Assembly: GCA_963708025.1 (NCBI GenBank)
Contig: CAVPSB010000022.1
Span: 32,001 to 96,000, forward strand
From: an uncultured Candidatus Rokubacteria bacterium
Lineage (GTDB): Bacteria; Methylomirabilota; Methylomirabilia; Rokubacteriales; DASRDR01
Length of the DNA stretch: 64,000 nucleotides
Direction: 5' to 3'
Below, piece by piece: positions 56,626 through 64,000 of the stretch (positions are counted from its first letter, which is position 1; each line of letters opens with the position of its first letter). The position numbers and the translations under genes were made by a program. Below the pieces are notes generated by a model. It searched no databases and had not been told where the DNA came from. It saw only the letters and a program-made list of their open reading frames with translations.

Positions 56626-59600
56626 CTAGCGGGTGGCGCCCCTCCGGAGGACCTGCGAAGGATCTTCGCCCGTGATGGGGCCGAGGCGGGTCAGACGGTC
56701 CCGGGCCCACGTGGCGAGCTCCGGCTCCAGGCCGGGACGGCTCAGGAGCTTTCTCAGCAGGATGGAGGCCTCGCGGGGCATCTGGCGCGCCAGGTAGCTC
56801 TGAACGGCTCCCTGCAGGCCCCGCGCGGCCCAGGGAACCGTATCCGGGTAGACGTAGGTGGCGCCCAGGTACGAGGCGATGGCCGCTTCGTACTCGGTGC
56901 GGTCGCGGTACAGCTCGCCCAGATAGAACAGCGCGGAGGCCGCCACCGGCGCGTCCCCGGCGTCGCGGGCCGCCTCGAGCGCCCGCTGGGCGGTGCTCCA
57001 CTGCTTGTTGATCAGCAAGAGGTGGCCGCGGGTGAGCTGCATGTTGGGCGCCAGCGGGTGCGCCGGGAACCGGGTGACGAACGTCTCGGCGGCGGCGAGG
57101 ACCCGGTCGCGCTGGCCCCGTGCCTCGTGGGTCTGGACCAGCAAGGCGAGGGCACGCGGGGCCTGCGGGTCGTCGGCGGGCGCCTCCTTCAGGAAGCCCT
57201 CGAGCGCGCGCTGCGTCTCGGCGGTGTCCGACAGCGCCATGGCGGCCTCGGCCAGGCCCAGCCACGCCTCGCGGCGGATCTCCTCGTTTTGGACCCGGAC
57301 CAGCAGCTCCCCGTAGGCCTGGCGGGCCAGCGCCGGCCGCGAGCGCGCCGCGGCCTGGGCCAGCAGGATCAGGGCGTCCTGGACGTACTCGCTCTTCGGC
57401 GCATCGCGGAGGAGACGCCGCACCCCGCTGTCCAGGCGATCGAGCTCCCGCCGGTCGGCGGCCAGGAGGACGAGCCGGTAGAGCAAGAGCTCGCTGTACG
57501 GATTCGCCGGGTACCGGTTGACGAACGCCGTGGCCCGCTCCCGGAGGCCCTGCTCGTCGCGGCGACGCTCCGCGCTCAGGATGAGCGCGTACGCGGACGG
57601 CACCGCCACCTCGGGGGCCGCGGCGAGCCGCGCGGTGGTGAGGGCCTTCTCGGCCTCGTTGAGGTGATTCTGGGCGAGCGCGGCCAGCCCGAACCCCAGC
57701 CAGTTCGACGGCTCGGCCGGCGCCAGGGACGCGGCCCAGTTGAACTGGCGCTCGGCGGCGTCGAACTGGCCGAGCCGGTACCGGGCGATCCCGAGGGCCC
57801 GGCGCAGCACGGGCTGCTGGGTCCCGTCGGTGATCCGGGGGACCAGCGGCTCCAGCTCCTGCACCGCGGCGGCGTACTCCCGGGCCCGGACCAGCAGGAT
57901 GCCGCGATCCAGGGCGAAGGTGTCGCTGAACGGGTGCGCCGGCGCCAGGGTCGCCAGCCCGCGTAGCGCCGCCAGGCTGTCCGCCTCCTGGCCCTGGCGG
58001 AGCCCGACGTCCGCGATGGCGAGCTGGGCCAGGACCGCGACCTCCACCTCCGTCGCCAGTGCGGCCTCCCGCCACTCGCGGAGCGCCGACTGGGTTTCAC
58101 CGTCGGCGAGGAGCGCCCAGCCCAGCAGGAGCCGCATCCGCCCCGCCTGGGCCGACGTCGAGTAGTCACGGAGCGCGAGCCGGAAGAGGGCGGCCGCGCG
58201 ATTGGCGTCGCCGGCCCGCGCGGCGGCTTCGGCCGTCAGCAGGAGCACCCCCTCCCGCAGCTCGGGCAGCACCCCGGCCCGCAGCAGGGCTTCGCCCTCG
58301 ACGCGCGCCTCCAGCGGCTTCTGGCCCCGGAGGAGCAGGAGCCCGAGCCGGTTCGCCGCCCGCTGGGCGATCGCCTCGATCTTCCCGGTCTCGCGCAGGA
58401 CCCGGTAGTACCGCTCGGCGTCCGCGAGGCTGCCCAGGCGCTCGACGGTCTCGCCGAGGCGGTAGGTGACGTACTCGGCGCGCTCGGGCTCGAGCCGGAG
58501 GGACAGGAGCTCCTTGTAGATGTTGACCGCGTCGCGGCCGGCGTTCCGGCGGAGCGCGTCGTCGGCCAGGAGCAGGAAGACGTCGGGCAGCCGGGGGTCC
58601 CGGGCCGAATCGGCCTTGAGGAGGCGCGCGGCGTCACGCGCCCGGGCGGAGTCGCCGAGCGCCAGGTAGGCCCGGACCAGGCCGGTCCGGAGCTGCGGGA
58701 TCAGCTCCGCCCGGGGGCTCGAGCTCTGCGCCCACAGGAACCGCCGGACCGCCTCGTCGGGCACCCGGCGGGCGAGCGCCGTCCAGCCCGCCTGCGCGAT
58801 CCCGTCCACGCGCAGCGGATGGCTGGCCGGCACGGTGGCCAGGAAGCCGTCGAGGCTCTGCATGGCGGCGTCCAGCTGCCCGACGCCCACCAGCCCGACA
58901 CCCCGCCAGAACGCGAGCTCCTCGGCGATCGCCGGGGGCGGGCCGGTGGCGGCCACCGTGTCCCAGAGGGCCACGGCCTGGTCCGGCCGGCCGGCGTAGA
59001 GCCGGATCACGCCGTCGAGGAAGCGGGCGACCAGCGCCACCGGCTGCGGGGAGGTGGCCGCGAGGGCCGGGGCCAGCGCCCGCTGAGCCTCGGCGACGTC
59101 TCCGCGCCGGAGCGCCAGCCAGCCCAGCCCGAGCGCCACGTGAGGCGCCAGCTCGGCCGGCACGCCCAGGGGGAGGGCCGAGCGATAGCGCCGCTCGGCC
59201 TCGTCGTAGCGGCCCTCCCGGAAGGCCACCTCGCCGAGCCAGACGTAGCCTCCGGCACTGGGCTCCTTGCCGAGGCTGGTCTCCAGCGCCTCGCGGGCAC
59301 CCCGCGGGTCACCCCCGAGAAACCGGTGCACCCCGCAGTCCAGCAGACGGGAGGGTTGCCCGAACGAGAAGGTGCAGCTCGTCCCCCCGGGATCGCGCAC
59401 GGCCGGAAGGGGCTTGACCGCCGCGGTCTGGAAGCGCGGCAGCGGCCCCGCGCCCAGGTCCACCGTGGGCGCCGGCGCCGCGGGCGGCCCGGGCGGCTCG
59501 AACACGGGCCGCGTCACCCCGAGAGGGAGCGGCACGACGGTCAGCATCAGGTCCGGGAAGGGCAGCTCGACGGGCCGGGCCGTGGCCGCGCCCGCCGGGA

Positions 59601-59658
59601 GCGGGAGCAGGGCCAGGAAGCCGACGATGAGGAGGCCGGCGACCGGACGGACGCTCAT
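56626..59658 (-). CDS. Large exported TPR-repeat protein (about 1010 aa)
   Basis: Signal peptide, Pro-rich linker, many A..LG..Y/A helix pairs, CpoB/BamD-like C-terminal repeats (YPANPYS, FPAHPLA). Confidence 0.85.
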   Translation of the reverse strand: MSVRPVAGLLIVGFLALLPLPAGAATARPVELPFPDLMLTVVPLPLGVTRPVFEPPGPPAAPAPTVDLGAGPLPRFQTAAVKPLPAVRDPGGTSCTFSFGQPSRLLDCGVHRFLGGDPRGAREALETSLGKEPSAGGYVWLGEVAFREGRYDEAERRYRSALPLGVPAELAPHVALGLGWLALRRGDVAEAQRALAPALAATSPQPVALVARFLDGVIRLYAGRPDQAVALWDTVAATGPPPAIAEELAFWRGVGLVGVGQLDAAMQSLDGFLATVPASHPLRVDGIAQAGWTALARRVPDEAVRRFLWAQSSSPRAELIPQLRTGLVRAYLALGDSARARDAARLLKADSARDPRLPDVFLLLADDALRRNAGRDAVNIYKELLSLRLEPERAEYVTYRLGETVERLGSLADAERYYRVLRETGKIEAIAQRAANRLGLLLLRGQKPLEARVEGEALLRAGVLPELREGVLLLTAEAAARAGDANRAAALFRLALRDYSTSAQAGRMRLLLGWALLADGETQSALREWREAALATEVEVAVLAQLAIADVGLRQGQEADSLAALRGLATLAPAHPFSDTFALDRGILLVRAREYAAAVQELEPLVPRITDGTQQPVLRRALGIARYRLGQFDAAERQFNWAASLAPAEPSNWLGFGLAALAQNHLNEAEKALTTARLAAAPEVAVPSAYALILSAERRRDEQGLRERATAFVNRYPANPYSELLLYRLVLLAADRRELDRLDSGVRRLLRDAPKSEYVQDALILLAQAAARSRPALARQAYGELLVRVQNEEIRREAWLGLAEAAMALSDTAETQRALEGFLKEAPADDPQAPRALALLVQTHEARGQRDRVLAAAETFVTRFPAHPLAPNMQLTRGHLLLINKQWSTAQRALEAARDAGDAPVAASALFYLGELYRDRTEYEAAIASYLGATYVYPDTVPWAARGLQGAVQSYLARQMPREASILLRKLLSRPGLEPELATWARDRLTRLGPITGEDPSQVLRRGATR

Positions 59659-61310
59659 GAGGTCTTCTTCGCCCCAGCGGCCCCTTTGGGCTTCGGCTTG
59701 GGGGCGGGCCGCTGCCGCGCCTTCTCGCGCGCTTGCCGCTCGCGCTCCTGCTTCTCGCGCTCCAGCTGCTCGCGCGCTTGCCGCTCTAGCGCCTGCCGCT
59801 CGCGCTCGAGCGCCTGCCGCTCGCGCTCCAGCTCCTCGCGCGCTTGCCGCTCCAGCTCCAGCCGCTCGCGCTCCAGCCGCTCGCGCTCCTGCCGCTCCAG
59901 CTCCTGCCGCTCGCGCTCCTGCCGCTCGCGCTCCTGCCGCTCGCGCTCCTGCTCCCGCGCCAGCGCGCGCGCCTCCAGGACCTGGACGCGGTCGCCGGCC
60001 CACCGGACGAGATCCTGGTCCTCGGCCTTGTCGACGATCTCCTGGTACGCCTGCTTGGCCGCGGCCTCGTCCTTCTGCGCTTCGGCCACCAGCCCGACCC
60101 CAGCCAGGGCCCGGAACCGCGGCCCGGACCCCGCCGACGCCTCGGCGGCCGCTGTCGCGTAGGCGGTCTGCGCCTCCGCCGTCTTCCCAGCCTTGAGCGC
60201 GCCATCGCCGAGGAGCAGGAGCGCCTCGAGACGCTGGCTGCCATTGGCGTCCGCGATCTCCCGGGCCAGCGCGATCGCCGGGTCGAACTGCCTCCGCTTG
60301 ACGTACAGGTTCACCAGTTCGAGCCCGGCCAGCTCGGCGAGGGCATCGCGTGGGTGGTCGCGCCGCAGCGCCTTCCAGGCCGCCTCGGCGTCCGGAGCCC
60401 GCCCGAGCTGGCCGGAGAGCTCGCCGATCTGGTAGAGCGCCTGCGGGACCATGGCGTGGGTCGGCGCGTCCCGCACCAGTGCCCGGTACTGGTCGACCGC
60501 CTCCCGGGGCCGGCCGGACTTGGCGTGGGCCTCGGCCAGCAGGACGCGGACCGTGGGCGCCAGCTCCTGGGTCCGGTTGCCCGCGAGCCACGACTCGAGC
60601 GTGCGGACCGCTTCCGGGGTGCGACCGGTCTCGATCTGGGCGACGCCGAGGAGGTACTGCGTCTCCGTCAGGAACCGGCTCCGGGGAAACCGGCTGGCAT
60701 AGCTGGACAGGAGGGCGTAGGCCTCCTCCCAGCGCTTCGCCCGGACGAGCTCCCGGGCCGCGGCGTAGGCGGCCGAGCCGGCCAGCTCGGTGGTCGGGTG
60801 CTGCGCGAGCAGGACGCTGAAGGTGGCGAGCGCCTCGTCCGGGAGGCCCAGCTCCAGCTCGCTGAAGCCTCGGGCGTAGAGCGCGTCGGGCGTGTAGGGC
60901 GAGCCCGGGTAGTCGCGCAGGAGCACGGAGTAGCGCGCGCGGGCCTGGTCGAAGCGGCGCAGCCGGAAGTAGACCTCCGCCTGCCAGAAGATCGGCTCGC
61001 CGGGGGTGAAGGCGCGGAGGGGCAGGCTCTCGCCGGCCTGGAACTCGGCGAGCGCGTCGGCGTACGACTTGAGGGCGAAGGCCGCCTTGCCGCGCAGGAG
61101 CATCGCGTCACCGCGCCGGGGATCGGCCGGGGCCGCCTGGACGAACCGCCCCAGCTCCCGGTAGGTGACGTCGTAGAGGCCGTCCTCGAAGGCCTGCACG
61201 CCCACCGTCCAGAGCCGGTCAGGCTCCGACACGGCGGCGCCGGCCGGGCCGACGGCAGCCCCGGCCACCAGCACCACCAGACACACGAGCCGCATCGCGA
61301 TCGGGGTCAT
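59655..61310 (-). CDS. Exported TPR-repeat protein with charged coiled-coil tail
   Basis: Signal peptide, YPGSPYTPDALY-type repeats, ERQER tail; stop overlaps the next ATG. Confidence 0.85.
   Translation of the reverse strand: MTPIAMRLVCLVVLVAGAAVGPAGAAVSEPDRLWTVGVQAFEDGLYDVTYRELGRFVQAAPADPRRGDAMLLRGKAAFALKSYADALAEFQAGESLPLRAFTPGEPIFWQAEVYFRLRRFDQARARYSVLLRDYPGSPYTPDALYARGFSELELGLPDEALATFSVLLAQHPTTELAGSAAYAAARELVRAKRWEEAYALLSSYASRFPRSRFLTETQYLLGVAQIETGRTPEAVRTLESWLAGNRTQELAPTVRVLLAEAHAKSGRPREAVDQYRALVRDAPTHAMVPQALYQIGELSGQLGRAPDAEAAWKALRRDHPRDALAELAGLELVNLYVKRRQFDPAIALAREIADANGSQRLEALLLLGDGALKAGKTAEAQTAYATAAAEASAGSGPRFRALAGVGLVAEAQKDEAAAKQAYQEIVDKAEDQDLVRWAGDRVQVLEARALAREQERERQERERQERERQELERQERERLERERLELERQAREELERERQALERERQALERQAREQLEREKQERERQAREKARQRPAPKPKPKGAAGAKKTS
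59725..59960 (-). repeat. Coding tandem repeat (about 15-bp units encoding ERERQ/ELERQ)
   Basis: Repeated CGCTCGCGCTCCTGC units on the plus strand. Confidence 0.85.
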
Positions 61311-61384
61311 CGAGTCGAGATCACCCGGAAATGTCTCATTACCCTACCAGATTTTCCCGCGAGAATGGCTATACTCGCAGAGGC

Positions 61385-62029
61385 ATGCGACTGCTGTGCG
61401 CGTTCGATCTGGATCACACGCTGGTCCGCTCGGCCCTCGACCTCGGCGCCATGAAAGCCGAGATCCGCGCGCTGGCGGCGCGCCGGGGCATCGCCCTGCC
61501 GCCCGTCTCGCTGGGCTGGACGATCGCCCAGACGATCGAGGCGATGGCGGCCGCCGCGCCGGCGGTGGAGGCGACGTGCTGGGCCATCGCGCTCGAGCAC
61601 GAGACGGCGGCGCTCGACTCGGCCACGTGCGAGCCGGGCGCCCAGGAAGCGGTGGAGACGCTGGCGACCGCCGAGGTCCCGCTGGCGATCTGGACCAACA
61701 ACGCCCGGCGGGCGACCGAGATCGCGCTGGAGCGCTGCGGGCTCCGCCCCTTCTTCCGGACGCTGGTCACCCGCGACGAGGCCGCGCTCAAGCCGGATCC
61801 CGCCGGCCTGGCGCTCCTGCGCCAGGCGCATCCCGCGCATCCCGTCTGCATGGTCGGCGACTCCTGGGTCGACGGGGTGGCCGCCCAGGCCGGCGGCGCC
61901 ACGTTCATCGCCTACCGGATCGGGCCCGAGGAGCTCGAGCGGCGCGCGGTGGTGCCGCGGGTCGTGATCCAGGACCTGCGCGCGCTCCCCGCGCACCTCG
62001 CCGCGCTCGCCGGCCAGCGCCCCGTATAA
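61385..62029 (+). CDS. HAD-superfamily hydrolase (phosphoglycolate phosphatase-like)
   Basis: [26 protein letters not shown]. Confidence 0.9.
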   Translation: MRLLCAFDLDHTLVRSALDLGAMKAEIRALAARRGIALPPVSLGWTIAQTIEAMAAAAPAVEATCWAIALEHETAALDSATCEPGAQEAVETLATAEVPLAIWTNNARRATEIALERCGLRPFFRTLVTRDEAALKPDPAGLALLRQAHPAHPVCMVGDSWVDGVAAQAGGATFIAYRIGPEELERRAVVPRVVIQDLRALPAHLAALAGQRPV

Positions 62030-62044
62030 TGTGATCGGCACCGG

Positions 62045-64000
<1,956 letters not shown>

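Noticed and set aside
59725-59960. Tandem repeat as a non-coding array
   Set aside because: It lies in frame inside the TPR gene and encodes an E/R/Q helix.

Overview
Very GC-rich bacterial chromosomal window. Gene content and repeat style resemble Candidatus Rokubacteria/Methylomirabilota, but that is inference only. Left to right it holds: a truncated arylsulfatase with a NarL-type two-component system; lemA plus two TPM genes; a ~24 kb all-minus-strand catabolic cluster (MFS, xanthine-dehydrogenase-family molybdo-hydroxylase, MoaD, Rid, SDR, hydantoinase/oxoprolinase A+B, solute-binding protein, LLM oxidoreductase, HAD, pxpBCA, nitrilase-family hydrolase, peptide-type ABC, DUF1445); a nucleotidyltransferase/small-protein pair and a Phd-PIN toxin-antitoxin module; Fe3+/polyamine-type and sugar ABC systems; DUF72, GNATs, a LarA-like protein and a LuxR protein; then housekeeping genes (bamD, ltaE, oppDF, Memo-like, ABC-F, alaC-hom-thrC-lysC, two exported TPR proteins, HAD, rarA, ddl). 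No rRNA, tRNA, CRISPR array or transposase was seen. About 15 single-base frameshifts, many at G/C runs, look like long-read errors. The most striking unexplained structure is a set of modular palindromic repeats. They sit at gene junctions in a fixed orientation to transcription, carry 0-2 copies of a nested GGCC-GAA-GGCC hairpin module, supply Shine-Dalgarno sequences to downstream genes, and appear to have entered coding sequence at the ddl N-terminus and possibly at the FAD/2Fe-2S junction.
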